Source: Octopus vulgaris
Taxonomy: Eukaryota
Length of the DNA: 64,000 nucleotides
Assembly (NCBI GenBank): GCA_951406725.2
Contig: OX597820.1
Coordinates: forward strand, 61,690,001 to 61,754,000
Direction of reading: 5' to 3'
Part shown: one piece after another, positions 27,762 through 42,669 of the stretch
Layout: the number at the start of each line of letters is the position of its first letter
Position numbering within the stretch: the stretch's first letter is position 1
The notes under the pieces: generated by a model
The model's database searches: none
What the model was told of the DNA's origin: nothing
The model's input: the letters and a program-made list of their open reading frames with translations, nothing else
Program-made: the position numbers and the translations under genes

Positions 27762-29095
27762 TATATTGTAAAGATAAAAAAAACGCGATTACAATAATTT
27801 TTCGCCGTAATTATATATGTTCTTGGGAGGATTTCTGAAGTTACAAGACAACAGCTACATGTATCAATTAAATAAAATTAATACTAGAATTACTAATTTT
27901 CCTATATTTCTCCATTTAATTAAAACTTTGCCTTAATTTAAAAAACTGACCAAATACTTCTAGTATTGAAAGTTCTACACACAAAATATCTTGGCATCTG
28001 TCAAGAAATCTTAAGAGGTAAAACGTTCGCTTGGAAAGTGGTAGATACAAAGCTCGGATCCCGATAGGGTGCTTGTTAATATTTTCTGCCTAACGTTAGT
28101 GTTTGTAATGTCTGATATCGTATTGTATACCTTCTTTAGACACATCGACAGACTAAGCCAACGATACACTTAAAAACAGATCTTACTTTAGTATATTGCC
28201 ACGCGTACGTTTTTGTTTTATGTTCATCATCTATTCTCACTTGCTTCACATACAAAACGCTTACACAAGCCTAGTCAATTAGGTGGTTTCCAACGACTTA
28301 GAATTTTTCAGCCGATCAATTTTGTCCTTATTTATCAACAGAACTTGCTTTCATTTGCGTAGGTGCAGTAACAAACTGCAAGATTAATGAAGCTGATTAT
28401 TTTTAGGAGGCGAAGAGTGTTTTAATAAAGGAGTCTTGGGCCAAGAACATAACTAATTGTAAAGTTACTGAAAATTTTTATTTATTTGGATGCATGCAAG
28501 TTATCTTGTTACTATTTTTCTTTGCAACATTAATAGATTTACTGGCATTAGGATAACTTGTATATGAATAAGCTGAAACGTTATGTAAATATGTGTTATA
28601 ATTTTTTACGGTGTATGCAGGTGATATTTTCATGTTAACGTATTTTGAAAGTGCTGGTTATCATCAATGCAGGCATCATTTAACGTAGGCATCTGTACAA
28701 CCAATAATCTACCAGATTCTTCGTAGTTCAGATACCCGTATTAAATTTAGCACTTAGCCAATAGGAGAATAGATATTTTCCTCCGTGTTAGATTTCCATT
28801 TGGAAATAATTTTAGAGCAGAGTAAAGCATAAACTATTCCAATGTGTCTATTTCAAGTCTTGCCTTCCTTACTATTTCTAAAACTTTATATATCATCACT
28901 GAAATTAATTACATTGAAAGTTAATGGTGCAAGGGAGAGCTTTAAAACTGGTTAATAGAAGTAGTTTTATGTACCCATAATCTTTTATTGGAATTCCACC
29001 TGAAAAGAAAGGAATGAATTAAGCATCAATCACTTAAGTGGAAGTGTTACCAATGCGATTAGATCGACAAGGTATGAGCTAACAAATCCAACTCA

Positions 29096-29192
<97 letters not shown>

Positions 29193-29284
29193 CTGTGTGT
29201 GTGCGTATGTGTGTGTGGTGTGTGTATGTGTGTGTGTGCGTGTGTGTAATTTATATATATATATGTTGTGTATGTATACTCACA

Positions 29285-29750
29285 CACACACACACATGCA
29301 AACACACATATACATATAATAAATAAACTTAATAATACGGTTTCCAGCTGAGTCAGACTTCGCGGGAACCTTGGGAAAATGTCATCTACCATGCCCTTGC
29401 TTACCAAAGTCTCAGGTGATTGTATTTGGTAGGCAGAAACGGTGCAGAAGCCCATTGTGTGTGTGTGTGTGTGTGTGCGTCGTTCGTATATTTTAGCAAT
29501 GCAGGATGTAAATATCGGCAAGAAAACCGAATTATACGGTGCAGTTCGAATGATTACTCCTTGTGATGTTTTGCCCCGGTTTACACACACACATGCAAAC
29601 ACACATATACATATAATAAATAAACTTAATAATACGGTTTCCAGCTGAGTCAGACTTCGCGGGAACCTTGGGAAAATGTCATCTACCATGCCCTTGCTTA
29701 CCAAAGTCTCAGGTGATTGTATTTGGTAGGCAGAAACGGTGCAGAAGCCC

Positions 29751-29781
<31 letters not shown>

Positions 29782-29888
29782 CGTTCGTATATGTTTAGCA
29801 ATGCAGGATGTAAATATCGGCAAGAAAACCGAATTATACGGTGCAGTTCGAATGATTACTCCTTGTGATGTTTTGCCCCGGTTTACAC
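29285..29888. repeat. Near-identical tandem duplication of a roughly 300-bp unit
   Basis: cacacatgcaaacacacatatac..gttttgccccggtttacac occurs twice, differing mainly in (TG)n length and about two bases. Confidence 0.92.
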
Positions 29889-30876
29889 CTTGTAACTTTC
29901 ACTGTCGAAAATGAAATGAACCAGTGACTAACCAAATGAAACCCTGTAGTTAACGAAGCTCATGTTCATCAGTCGCTATAAAATATGGTAAGTAAATATT
30001 GTTCGATTCAAAATGTCGCCAAATGATACCGAATTTGCGTCAAATACTTATTTTTCTTGTTATTGCATAATGAGAGATAGTGAGAGGAAAAGAGCAGCGC
30101 TCAATTATCTTTTAGTAGGTCTCTGAGACTGGTAGAGGAAAAGAAAGAAGGCCCCACAAACCATGAGACCTGCTTGAAAAATATTAGACTCTGTCTAAGA
30201 CTCCCAAAGTATTAGACTGGGCGACTGATTAAGTCTGCCACTAGGGAATGTGTATTATGTATCCGACGGCCTTAGGCACAGTTTCCGTCTATCCACTACT
30301 ACTCAAACGGCTTAGGTCGACAGAGCCATACACACTTGCCAAACGTTGCGCATATTCAGATCGAGTATCGTCACATGTGATTGTGTGATGAAATTCTGAA
30401 GTCCACGGCCATACTTACACACTAGTGTTTGCTCTGTGGTTGTCCGCTTTTTTTTTATAGTGAAAATATCTCTTTAGTGCGTGGTTCCACTAGTGCTGCT
30501 GGTATTACTGGGATCGTTGCTGCAGTTGTTACACAGCTAGTATTGTGGCTGTTGTTGATATTGTTGTTATGGTTGGGATGTCGGCAACAGTGCAGGTTCA
30601 TGTAGAGCCGGTTTTATTTTGTGTGCACAAGGCTCCCAGACGGTTTCTACTGTGACAAATATAGTACCTGGGAATTCTAAACCCCACTACAACTTGCAGC
30701 TGAGAGCCGTTTGGAAGTTTTACCTGATTGTAGACATTTACGCGCTACTATTTATAGTTTTATCTGCTTCGAGTTTCACCGTTTCAAACAAGAATTATTT
30801 CTCTCGAAGTTTCTAAATCGTTATGACACCATCGACATGCAGTTCTTACTGACAACAATAAAGACAGAGAAATTTT

Positions 30877-31030
30877 TTCTACTCTAGGCACAAGGCTCGA
30901 AATTTTGGGGGAGGGGTCCAGTCGATTATATCGACCCCAGTACGTAACTGGTACTTAATTTATCGACCCCGAAAGGGTGAAATACAAAGTTGACCTCGGT
31001 GGAATTTGAACTAAGAATGAAAAGACAGAC
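30877..31030 (-). mobile_element. SINE family A, partial
   Basis: ggcacaaggctcgaaattttggg..aatttatcgaccccgaaagg..ggaatttgaact. Confidence 0.8.
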
Positions 31031-31261
31031 AAAATAAAAGACAGAAATTCGAAGGATTGCTTTTGGTTCAATGGCAGAACGCCTTTCATGTTTACAGGAA
31101 AAGCAGGTTCGAATCACCGAACAGGCGACGACTTTTTCTATTCAAAGTTACTTTTTAACCCAATATTTACATACTATCTTTTATAGCTTTATCTACTTCG
31201 AACTTCACCGCTCCAGAAATACACACACACACCCATGCACCCCCACACACATATTAAACGA

Positions 31262-31497
31262 TCACAGGTCTTTCCCGTACCATAGGCTCATAAAGCCGGT
31301 TTTCTGGATTCTGTGGCCCACAACCTGGACGGGAGGCTGGTATTTCGCAGGATTACTCAGGATTTCTGCAAGCTGAGTGGACAGGGGAAAATGTAAAATG
31401 TACTGGTTCACTTAAGACCACAACCCATCGCCCCCGTCCAAGAATCGAAGCCACACTCTTACGATCGTGAGTGCAACACCCTAACCACTAAGCCAAT
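31262..31497 (-). mobile_element. tRNA-derived SINE (third family); related decayed copies at about 39515-39720 and 47490-47680
   Basis: Minus head tggcttagtggttagggtgttgcactcacgatcgtaagagtgtggcttcgattctt with A and B boxes. Confidence 0.7.
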
Positions 31498-31509
31498 TAC
31501 TTCCATATG

Positions 31510-31543
<34 letters not shown>

Positions 31544-31629
31544 AGTGTGTGTCTGTGTTAGCAAAAGAAGAGGATTACGTAACTCCTGCTGTTTATTCAT
31601 TACACTGAATTACGATGTTTATAGTAACA

Positions 31630-31663
<34 letters not shown>

Positions 31664-31908
31664 CCACCACCACCATCGCCACCACCACCATCATCATCAT
31701 CGTCATCATTGTCGTCATTCTCGTCAGCATCCCCATGATTGTTATTGTTATTGTTATTTTTTTTAATCGTTGTTGTCATCACAGTTAAACTTTTAGTTTC
31801 AGTTTTCTTCACCATGACGACGACAACGACGACGACGACGACGTCTAACAAAGACAAAAGAAGACACAACTTTCATCTTCTCCTTTACTCAGTCCTCCTC
31901 CTCATCCA

Positions 31909-31939
<31 letters not shown>

Positions 31940-32232
31940 TCACCACCACCACCATCATCACGAACACCACTATGACGACGACAACCCCTCTACCCTCCAA
32001 CGGCAGAAGTACCATCATCCTCGCCCTCACCCCCACCATCTCCACTGAAATTATCATCATCATGAAAATCATTCAATTTATTTGTTCATTATTAAATTTT
32101 GTGTAATTTTTTTAAAAATGTATTATGATATATTTCTTTATATTATCAAATATGATCTAGCAATAATTTTCTATTAAAACAGTAATTTGGCTTTCGTTTA
32201 TATTCGCTTATATACATGTGTATACATACATA

Positions 32233-32391
<159 letters not shown>

Positions 32392-32434
32392 TGTGTGTAT
32401 ATATGTATATGTGTGTATATATATACATTTAGGC

Positions 32435-32465
<31 letters not shown>

Positions 32466-32873
32466 TGTATGTATATATATACACATGTATAGTATAAACA
32501 TGTGTGTACATATATATGTATATGTGTACGTTGTTAGATTTTTCGAGTTTCTACTCTTTTCTTCGCATTTCGACGTTTTAAGAATCTCCTGATGTCTATT
32601 TAATAATAACTAAAAGGTAATTTATATTTCTAGAATGTTCATTAAGCAATAATTAATTATCAACTTTTCCTCCAGCATAATAAATATGTAACGGATTACA
32701 CCAAATATCTAATTAACTCACTTTGACAGACATACGCATCGTACACCCATGTATGCGCACACACACACACAGACACACAGACACACACACACACACACAT
32801 ATATAAATATACATATACAAATATGTATACATATGCATATATATATGTATATATGTACACATATATGCATATA

Positions 32874-32909
<36 letters not shown>

Positions 32910-33402
32910 TGCGTAGAGCCATATTTATATTCAAACACACTCATATACACATACGCGCGCGCACGCACCCTACGCACACGCACGCACGCATGCGCACACA
33001 CAAATACATACTTGCACACACGTTTGGCTTTCTATTTTGATTTCGTTGTTTCAGTCGGCTTATTTTATTTTTTTTTCTCTTCTTCTTCTTCAAATTTTAA
33101 AATGTGTTTACATAATAATTTTCTTTGTTCGACTTGCTGCTGACGGTGGCAACAGCAACAATAACAACAGTAGCAACAACAAGAACAACAACAAAAAGTT
33201 TACAGCAAAAATACTATAAAAGGAAAGAGAAACAACAATGGCGACGGGGCGACGGCGACGACGACTGTGAGAACGTAAGCCAATAACAACATGGACGTCT
33301 ACAGCAACAGTCACAAAGACATTATGAATTGAAATTAATCATAATTATTATGACATCGGCTGGAGTGAAAAGGCGGACGGTGATGCTGACAACGACGACG
33401 AC

Positions 33403-33433
<31 letters not shown>

Positions 33434-33514
33434 TGGTGTTGATGGTGGAGATAGCAACGGCGATGATAACAAAAGATAATGATGTTGATCGTCGTTTCAT
33501 GTGTTGTGATGAAG

Positions 33515-33589
<75 letters not shown>

Positions 33590-33860
33590 ATGATGATAAT
33601 GATGGTGGTGGTAGTGATGGTGTTGGTGAGGGGGGGTACTTACAACGTTCGTCGTGTTGGTGGTGATGACAAGTTTTGGTAACGGCGGAACTGGTGTTAA
33701 TGACGATAATGAAGGGTGGGGCAGGTGATGAAAATGATAATGATGATGATGATGATGATGATGATGGTGATGATAATAACGTCGGCGTGACGTTTATTAT
33801 AAAAAATTGTCTGTACCAGAATGTCAGCAATAAATATTCCGAAACAACAACAGCAATATA

Positions 33861-33914
<54 letters not shown>

Positions 33915-33973
33915 AGTAAAATTTCCACATTTCTTTTTTTTATTTTTCTAAAATTTTCGTTGCGTCTTGTAAC

Positions 33974-34019
<46 letters not shown>

Positions 34020-34024
<5 letters not shown>

Positions 34025-34235
34025 GTATATGTCTGTGTGTCTATGTTTACCCCCCCACCACGATCACTTGACAATCGATGTTGGTGTGTTCGCGTTCCCG
34101 TAACTTAGCTGTTCGGCAAAAGACACCGATAGAATAAGTACTAGGCTTACAAAGAATAAGTCCCGGGGTCGATTTGTTTGACAAAAAGCGGTGCTCCAGC
34201 ATGGCCGCTGTCAGATGACTGAAACAAGTAAAATA
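34020..34235 (+). mobile_element. SINE family B, 3' half
   Basis: cacttgacaatcgatgttggtgtg..gttcggcaaaagacaccgatagaataagtactagg..gactgaaacaagtaaaa. Confidence 0.8.
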
Positions 34236-34842
34236 ATATTATAGGAAGTATGCGATAACATGAATGATGCAATCTTCCTGATGGAGGAGAAACTCCTATT
34301 AAGGACTATCAAAGAACCCCACAGATCCAGGATTACTCTGATAACCAAAAGTACGAGCCCTCTCTACCGCATTCCAATCTACCGTGTCCGTGACTAATCG
34401 ACTGGCCCCCTCCCCCAAAATTTCGGGCCTTGTGCCTTGAGTAGGAAGGAATATTCTAACGTTGTAACTTTATTATTATTATTCGCTTCCTTCACTCTGA
34501 TGATGGTTTATAGTGATATTGATAGCAACTTAAGTTGAGCAGACAGCTTCTGGTGGATCAAACGTGTTCCACTGGTCAGAACGTCTCACTGTTGCTCTGG
34601 TTGATACTGCGCTGGCATACGTTGAGTCTTCAGCATTTGGACAAATTCACGGACACAGCACATGCTTACGGTAAGGCCATTCACTCCAACAATTTTTATC
34701 ACAGTCACTCATCTTTTCATGAATTCACTGGGAGGTAGCACGTTCTTCTCCATCCTTACTTTCCATACCAATAATAACAGAAATAAAAATTAATAGTAGT
34801 TCTAATAGCGGTATAAACTGTAATAGTAGTTGAAATAATCCT

Positions 34843-35033
34843 TTCTACTTTAGGCACAAAGCCTAAAATTGTAGGGAGAGGCGATAGTTGATTTCATCGA
34901 CCCCAGTGCATAACTGGTACTTATTTTATCGACGCTGAAAAAATGAAAGGTAAAGTTGACCTCGGCAGAATTGAACCCAGGACGAAATGCTAAGCATTTC
35001 GCCCGGCGTCCTAACGATTCTGCCAGCTCGCCG
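34843..35033 (-). mobile_element. SINE family A
   Basis: Ends gattctgccagctcgcc (reverse complement of the head). Confidence 0.8.
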
Positions 35034-35541
35034 ACTTTGCTATGGAAGTAATACCAATACAAAATATTAATCATTATCAATATTTTGAAGTTTTTAAATT
35101 TATTGAATTGAACTTTAACCTAATATAGACACGAAAAGTTTTGAATTACGTTCTGGGGTTACGTAGAGTAAAAGAAAACAACCCCAATAAAACTGTAAAC
35201 AGCAGACGATAACATCTTCACTATCATTAGCCATCAATCTCTTCCTCTCCTTTTCGCTTTTTCTACTCTCCTCCTCCCCCTCCTCCCCCTCGTCCTCCTC
35301 GTCGTCATCGCCGTCGTCGTCATCGCCGTCGTCGTCGTCGTCCTCCACCTCCTCCTCCTCGTTCTCTCCCTCGTCTTCGTCCTCCTCCTTGTTGCCTTTA
35401 TCAGTGTTACCCTCATCACTGTCAGCATCATCTACTGCAACCACCTCTACGCCATCATCTTCACCACCTTCTCCTCATTACCATCAGCACCATCATAATT
35501 GTCGTCGTAATGATGATGGTGGTGGTGGTCGTCATCATCAC

Positions 35542-35588
<47 letters not shown>

Positions 35589-35624
35589 CATCATCATCAT
35601 CAATATCACTATACCCACCTACTG

Positions 35625-35850
35625 AAGCGGTGAGCTAGCAGAAGCGTTACCATGCGAGGAAAAGAAACGTTTGGTGGCATTTCTTTCAACGTTACGTTCT
35701 CGGTTCAAATGCTGCTGAGTTCGACTTTGCCTTTCATCCTATCGGGGTCGATAAATTATGTACCAGCTGCATACTGGAATCGATGTAATCGACTGACCCC
35801 TCCCCCAACCTCCACCAAAATTTCGGGCCTTGTGCCTTGAGTAGAAAAGT
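35625..35850 (+). mobile_element. SINE family A, decayed
   Basis: gcggtgagctagcagaa..ttcgactttgcctttcatcc..aaaatttcgggccttgtgcc. Confidence 0.75.
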
Positions 35851-36739
35851 ATATTCTAACGTTGTAACTGTTATTATTATTATTATCCGCTTCCTTCACT
35901 CTGATGATAGTTTCTCGTGATATTGACAGCAACTTAAGTTATCTGAAGAACCTGAACAGACAGGTTCTGGTGGATCAAATGTGTTCCAATGGTCAGAACG
36001 TCTCACTATTGCTCTGGTTTATCTGAAGAACCTGAGCAGACAGGTTCTGGTGGATCAAATGTGTTCCAATGGTCAGAACGTCTCACTGTTGTTCTGGTTG
36101 ATACTGCGCTGACATACGTTGTGTCTTCATCATTTGGACAAATTCTCGGACATTGGACAAGTGTGGCCGTTTTTTCGTTAGCAGCATTTTTCCTCAGCTC
36201 ATTTCTTCGACTGAACTCTGTATTAAGAGTCCTGTCTAGTTTAACATGTTAATTAAAGATAAAAGAGTCAAACAGAAAGGAATGGAGAGGAGTCTGCCTG
36301 GGAATTTCCTCTTCTATTGGAGATGGAATTAATTTATATAATTACGTCTTTGTCTGTATCTACGGAATTGTTTTCCAATTGCACATGGCATATTATTAAT
36401 GCTACCATTCTCATAGCTAATGATTCTAGGATCCATGTGTGATGAACATCATCAAAAGGTTTCTGGTAGTCAATTTATAGCTTGTCAGAACCTTCTTTCT
36501 CCAAGACTTCAGTTATGACTGTGCTGATTAGTTATTAATTGGTCAGAATCGTAAGATACCACCAAAATCGAGGTTTTATATTAAACTTCTCCCGAATGAA
36601 TGATAAAAGCATAAACATGCAACCACTCACTCACATACTCTTACATTCAAATGGCCGAATATTTAAGAAGCTCGTTTGCAATCACGAGGTCCTGGATTCG
36701 ATCATACAGTACGGAATTTCGGGCATGTGTCTTTTTGCC

Positions 36740-37320
36740 TTTTCTAATTTAGGCACAAGGCCCGAAATTTTGGGGAAGGGGGCCAGCTGATTAGGTCGAC
36801 CCCAGTATGCGACTGGTATTTAATTTATCGACCCCGAAAGGATGAAAGGCAAAGTCGACCTCGGCGGAATTTGAACTCAGAACGTAAAGACAGACGAAAT
36901 ACCTATTTCTTTACTACCCACAAGGGGCTAAACACAGAGAGGACAAACAAGGACAGACAAATGGATGAAGTCGATTACATCGACCCCAGTGCGTAATTGG
37001 TACTTACTTAATCGACCCCGAAAGGATGAAAGGCAAAGTCGACCTCGGCGGAATTTGAACTCAGAACATAATGGCAGACGAAATACCTATTTCTTTACTA
37101 CCCACAAGGGGCTAAACACAGAGAGGACAAACAAGGACAGACAAACGGATTAAGTCGATTATATCGACCCCAGTGCGTAACTGGTACTTATTTAATCGAT
37201 CCCGAAAGGATGAAAGGCAAAGTCGACCTCGGCGGAATTTGAACCTAGAACGTAGCGGCAGACGAAATACTTGCTAAGCATTTCGCCCGGCGTGCTAACG
37301 TTTCTGCCAGCTCGCCGCCT
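36740..37320 (-). mobile_element. SINE family A head-to-tail trimer, inserted into an older family B SINE head
   Basis: Three bodies at about 181-bp period; flanks ttcgggcatgtgtctttt and ttgggcaggtatctttt resemble a decayed TSD. Confidence 0.9.
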
Positions 37321-37959
37321 TGGGCAGGTATCTTTTATGACCGCTTCGAGACGATCCAAGCCTGTAAGGGAACTAGGTAGACATAAACTGTGAAAATGGC
37401 TGTTGGTTGGAATTTGTTGACAGCTTCACATTTCTTTTTGTGGAAACGTAATTTTTTTCAAGATGCTTATTATTTCTGCAAGATTTTGTAGATTGTAGGA
37501 AGGGACATTACTGGGTTGTAATTTTTAGGGGTTTACTTATCGGATTCAGATAGTCTTCTTCTCGGTGAACGATGAGGGTATTATCTTCAGCTCAGCCAGT
37601 ATCTTATGCCAAATAACTTTTAAAAAATTACTCTACAGATTTTCAGCAGAAATTAAAGTCAACATTGAAAGTTAGGACGTATTGGATACGACTACGTCTA
37701 TATGAACAATAGAAACAAGATATTTAAATCATATCAGAAAAAAGAAGAGACGAGAACGAAATTAATCTCGATAAGGTTTGAACTCTACAGCACAAAATAC
37801 ACAAAGAAAACAATGGAGTATTATGTTGGTCGAAGTCCGTCAATGCTTTTGGTGATGATCCAACGATCAGTAAAGAGTTAAAGGATGTTTTCGCATTATA
37901 TGCATACACAAGCGCTCACACACATGCACACGATTAGAGGCGTACACACACACACACAC

Positions 37960-38006
<47 letters not shown>

Positions 38007-38064
38007 ATATATATACATACATATATATATATATGTATTTATATATATATTCTTGTATACACAT

Positions 38065-38128
<64 letters not shown>

Positions 38129-38276
38129 ATACACACACATACACACACATACGTACATACATGCACGCGCACAGTCATACACGTATATGTATTTATGTAT
38201 ATGTTCATGTATATATTTATATATATATATATATATATATATTAGTGTGTACATACATACATACATAGATACAAGC

Positions 38277-38358
<82 letters not shown>

Positions 38359-38495
38359 GCATACATACATATGTAGGACATAGAAGCAAAGAGTATGTGT
38401 GTGTACATATACATATGGATACGTATTTATGTGCATATATGCATATATGTATATATATATATATATGTATATATCTGTATATGTATGCGTGTGCT

Positions 38496-38527
<32 letters not shown>

Positions 38528-38973
38528 AGTGTGTGTGTGTGTGTATTACACACACACACACGTATATTTGGACGTGCGTAGACTCAAACAAGAAAGAGTT
38601 TGCAGTCGTTATTTGTCACATTGTCTGTTCGATGCTTCACTTCCTCCATTGCTACCACAGAAAATTATTAGAAAGAACAAGAACGGAGATTACGAAAAGA
38701 TTTTATAGGAATGGTTGCTAAACATATCAAATTTGCCTACAACAGTATTAAACATCAGATGAAGGACAATAAAATCAATTTGGCAATGTGTAAAGGCCAA
38801 CTAAAATGACATGTATGGCAAATCTTTCGTACGTCACATGAAATACATAAGAATATTCGAAGTGGAAAACAGTCAAGTAAATTTATAATCATAGTTTCAA
38901 CAGATTTTATCTGTATGTATCTGTCTGTTTGACTGATTGCCTGTCTGACTAGATGACTGCTTGCTTTCCTGCG

Positions 38974-39059
<86 letters not shown>

Positions 39060-39401
39060 CCTATCTATTTATCTACAAACTACGTGTGACGACAAAAGCG
39101 GAAGGTTTAATATCGTAGGGAATAGAGAAGTATATATCTATCTGTCTATCTGTCTCTCTCTTTCTCACCTCACTCTCTCTCTCTCTATCAATTTAACTGT
39201 GTGCATCACTGAGCCTGTCTTCTTCCCTCTAAATTCTTCGTATAGTTTGTGTGTGCATTTGTAAACATACACATAAATGAAAGGTTAAGGAAATAACTAG
39301 CATACATATGAAGAAGGCATATATATCTATATCTGTCTGTCTGTTTGTCTATCTATCTCTATATACAATATACATATATGTCTGTACGTCTACTTATACA
39401 T

Positions 39402-39504
<103 letters not shown>

Positions 39505-39801
39505 AAAGGATCAAAGGTCCTTCCCGTGCCATAAGGTTTATAAGGCCGGTTTTCCGGATTCTGTTGCGTATATATTCCGCCCCATCCTGTAAAGGATGCC
39601 GGTCCATCGTATCGTAGGATTACACGTTTTTACCAGTTGGGTGGACAGGAGCAACCTATATATATGCTCGGCCGGTGAATCGAAACCAAATCTTACGATT
39701 ATGAGTGCAACACCTTAAATATTGAGACAAGGCCTTTCACCTCCACATCTACACAGCTTTATATACATACATGGATGCATACACATATATATATGTATAT
39801 G

Positions 39802-39861
<60 letters not shown>

Positions 39862-40024
39862 AAGAGGGAGAGAAAGAGAGAATGTAGGAGAGATGTCACA
39901 GAGATTTTTGATAGAAACATATATGTATATATATGTGTGTGTGTGTGGGTGTGTGTGTGAGTGTATTTGTGAGTGTACGTGTCTATATAAAAATATGTAT
40001 GTACAATCTTTCTCTCTCTCCTCC

Positions 40025-40098
<74 letters not shown>

Positions 40099-40265
40099 AT
40101 CTATCTATCTATCTGTCTGACTGTCTGTCTGTCTGTCTGTCTATGTATCTATCTATCGATCTAATCATCCCTACGTATATTTACATAGGCTAACAGATTG
40201 ATAATCCGCAACACAAACATACGCGCTTTCACAGACGCACATACATACATACATACATACATACA

Positions 40266-40301
<36 letters not shown>

Positions 40302-40329
40302 TACATACATACTTACATACATACGTACA

Positions 40330-40365
<36 letters not shown>

Positions 40366-40992
40366 TACATACATACTTACATACATACTTAATACATACA
40401 CACACACGCACACAAATATGTATATATATATATATATACGCTGTATACGTATTAAAGATATATCTGCTTACACGCCCGAACCGTACACATAAATACATTC
40501 AAGATAGTTCACATCTAGGTACAAAAATGTTCAAATATGGGTCACGTTTAGCAATAGATTGGAAGCTTGTCCTTATGCCTTTCTAGATTAGACATCAGCT
40601 ACTTGAAATTGCGTAAACTGAAGTAAATAATGCGTTAGGCATAGATGATGATGGTGCCAGCAACACAACAATAGTGTAATAGCTTGGGGCTTTTTCCTAG
40701 CTACTCTAAACCGTTATTCGTACATGGTGCCAAACGATAGGTCTTGGCCTGCGTCTTGAAAAGGAACAAATCAGGTAGTTATTATGCAAATATAAGGACG
40801 ACATGGTTGAAGACTATGTGACTGGTTAAGAAATTTGGGTTGCAAGTATTTGATTCCTTGTCGGCTCTCCTCAAATATACCTGTTTACAATGTGTGTATA
40901 TAAACACATCTGAAAGCACTTAATACATATAGGTAGAATACGAGATATATTTTGACCAAGGAAAAATAATCCTCTTCCATGTATATATATAT

Positions 40993-41278
40993 ATCACGTG
41001 ATCACGTGACTGACCAGACCATCAGATGTTGCTACACATCGCTGGTCACAATGCGTTCGCATTGTTTTAGCCTTTGAACGACACCACCCCGCTGGCTAAG
41101 CGAGCAGGCCAACAGAAGAAAGAGTGGTGAAAGAGTACAGCAGGGATCACCACTGCTGGAGCCTCGTGGAGGTTTTAGGTGTTTTCGCTCAATCTCACAC
41201 ACAACGCCCGGTCTGGGAATCGAAACCGCGATCCTCCGACCGCGAGTCCGCTGCCCTAACCACTAGGCCATTGCGCCT

Positions 41279-41281
<3 letters not shown>
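40993..41281 (-). mobile_element. tRNA-derived SINE (fourth family)
   Basis: Minus head ggaggcgcaatggcctagtggttagggcagcggactcgcggtcggaggatcgcggtttcgattccc with clear A and B boxes. Confidence 0.8.
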
Positions 41282-41351
<70 letters not shown>

Positions 41352-41427
41352 TGTGAATGTGTGTGTGAGTATGCGTGTATATGTATGTATGCATACGTAT
41401 ATATGTGTGTATTATGAGTGTATACTC

Positions 41428-41703
41428 TACTCTTTTTTACTTGTTTCAGTCATTTTGACTGTGGCCATGCTGTAGTACCGCCTTTAGTCAAGCAAATCGA
41501 TTCCAGGACTTATTCTTTGTAAACCTAGTACTTATTCTATCGGTCTCTTTTGCCGAACCGCTATGTTACAGGGACGTAAACACACCAGCACCGGTTGTCA
41601 AGCGACGTTGGGGGGACAAACGCAGATACATAAACACACACACACACACACATACATACATACATACATACACATACACACATACATACATACACATACA
41701 CAT

Positions 41704-41761
<58 letters not shown>

Positions 41762-41921
41762 CGACAGGCTTCTTTCAGTTTCCGCCTACCAAATCCACTC
41801 ACAGGCTTTGGTTGGCCCGAGGCTATAGTAGAATACACTTGTCCAAGGGGGCACACAGTGGGACTGAACCCGAAACCATTTGCTTCGTAAGCAAGCTATT
41901 TACCACACAGCCACTCTTACG

Positions 41922-41923
<2 letters not shown>
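41428..41923 (-). mobile_element. SINE family B, full length with expanded internal microsatellite
   Basis: Reverse complement of the 20937 copy. Confidence 0.85.
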
Positions 41924-41955
<32 letters not shown>

Positions 41956-41956
<1 letters not shown>

Positions 41957-42335
41957 TAGCAGTATCGCCCGGCGTTGCTCAGGTTTGTAAGGGAAATAAC
42001 TATAAAGCATTTTTAGAGAGTTATAGCCCAAAAAATAGCAAAAAAAATGGAAAAAAAATGATGGTAAATTTTTTTTGAGATTTAAAAAAGGTGGAGTTGC
42101 TTCCCCTAGACAGTTTGTGGTTCGTGTTTCTGATTCTCGACCCCATGTCGAATTTATCGATTTTTTTCAGAACTGGGGGAACTTTTCAAAATTTTCGCTG
42201 CGTTAGTTTTGAATTATGACATTGGGCTATATGTGTGTCAAGTTTCATCAGAATCGGTTGAAAGCCGTGGTCAGGGTGAGGGTACAAGCAAACAGACACA
42301 CAGAAACACGCACAGACAAACTGCCGTTTATATAT

Positions 42336-42338
<3 letters not shown>
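41956..42338 (-). mobile_element. Non-autonomous Helitron
   Basis: Minus strand begins A|TCtatatataaacggcagtttgtctg and ends with GC hairpin cctgagcaacgccgggcg then CTAG|T; no TSD; inserted in (TA)n. Confidence 0.8.
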
Positions 42339-42397
<59 letters not shown>

Positions 42398-42669
42398 TGC
42401 TATCGCTTGTGTTGTATGTATTCTGATTGTCTGTGGTCTGAGCTTAAATTCGATCAAAATTATCCTTGCTTTTCATTCTTCCGGGATCGGTCATATAAAA
42501 GCTGCATTCCAGATCGGTGAAACCATAGAATTTTTGAGCATTAAAGATGTCTCATCGTATTTGTTCCCACTATTTGCTTTTCGAGTTCTTGGGTGAGAGA
42601 TTTAATTCGTTGCCTTGTTTAACACCACTTCAGGTTTTTGGGTGACTCCAGCCGATCTACTCTTGTGCA

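Noticed and set aside
29093-29752. 219-aa ORF with an internal repeat
   Set aside because: Product of the 300-bp tandem duplication of SINE and microsatellite sequence
33348-33951. Poly-Ala/Ser/Asp ORFs resembling a transcription-factor low-complexity region
   Set aside because: Built from GCT, GAT and ACT triplet runs open in several frames; no domain
35115-35625. Acidic and poly-His ORFs
   Set aside because: Decayed triplet repeats between SINEs; no supporting gene structure
35940-36060. ctgaaga-acctg..caggtt as a hammerhead
   Set aside because: No GAAA or stem III follows the hairpin
41205-41281. tRNA gene candidates (also 44161-44235)
   Set aside because: A and B boxes run directly into SINE bodies and the acceptor stems are not intact; these are SINE heads
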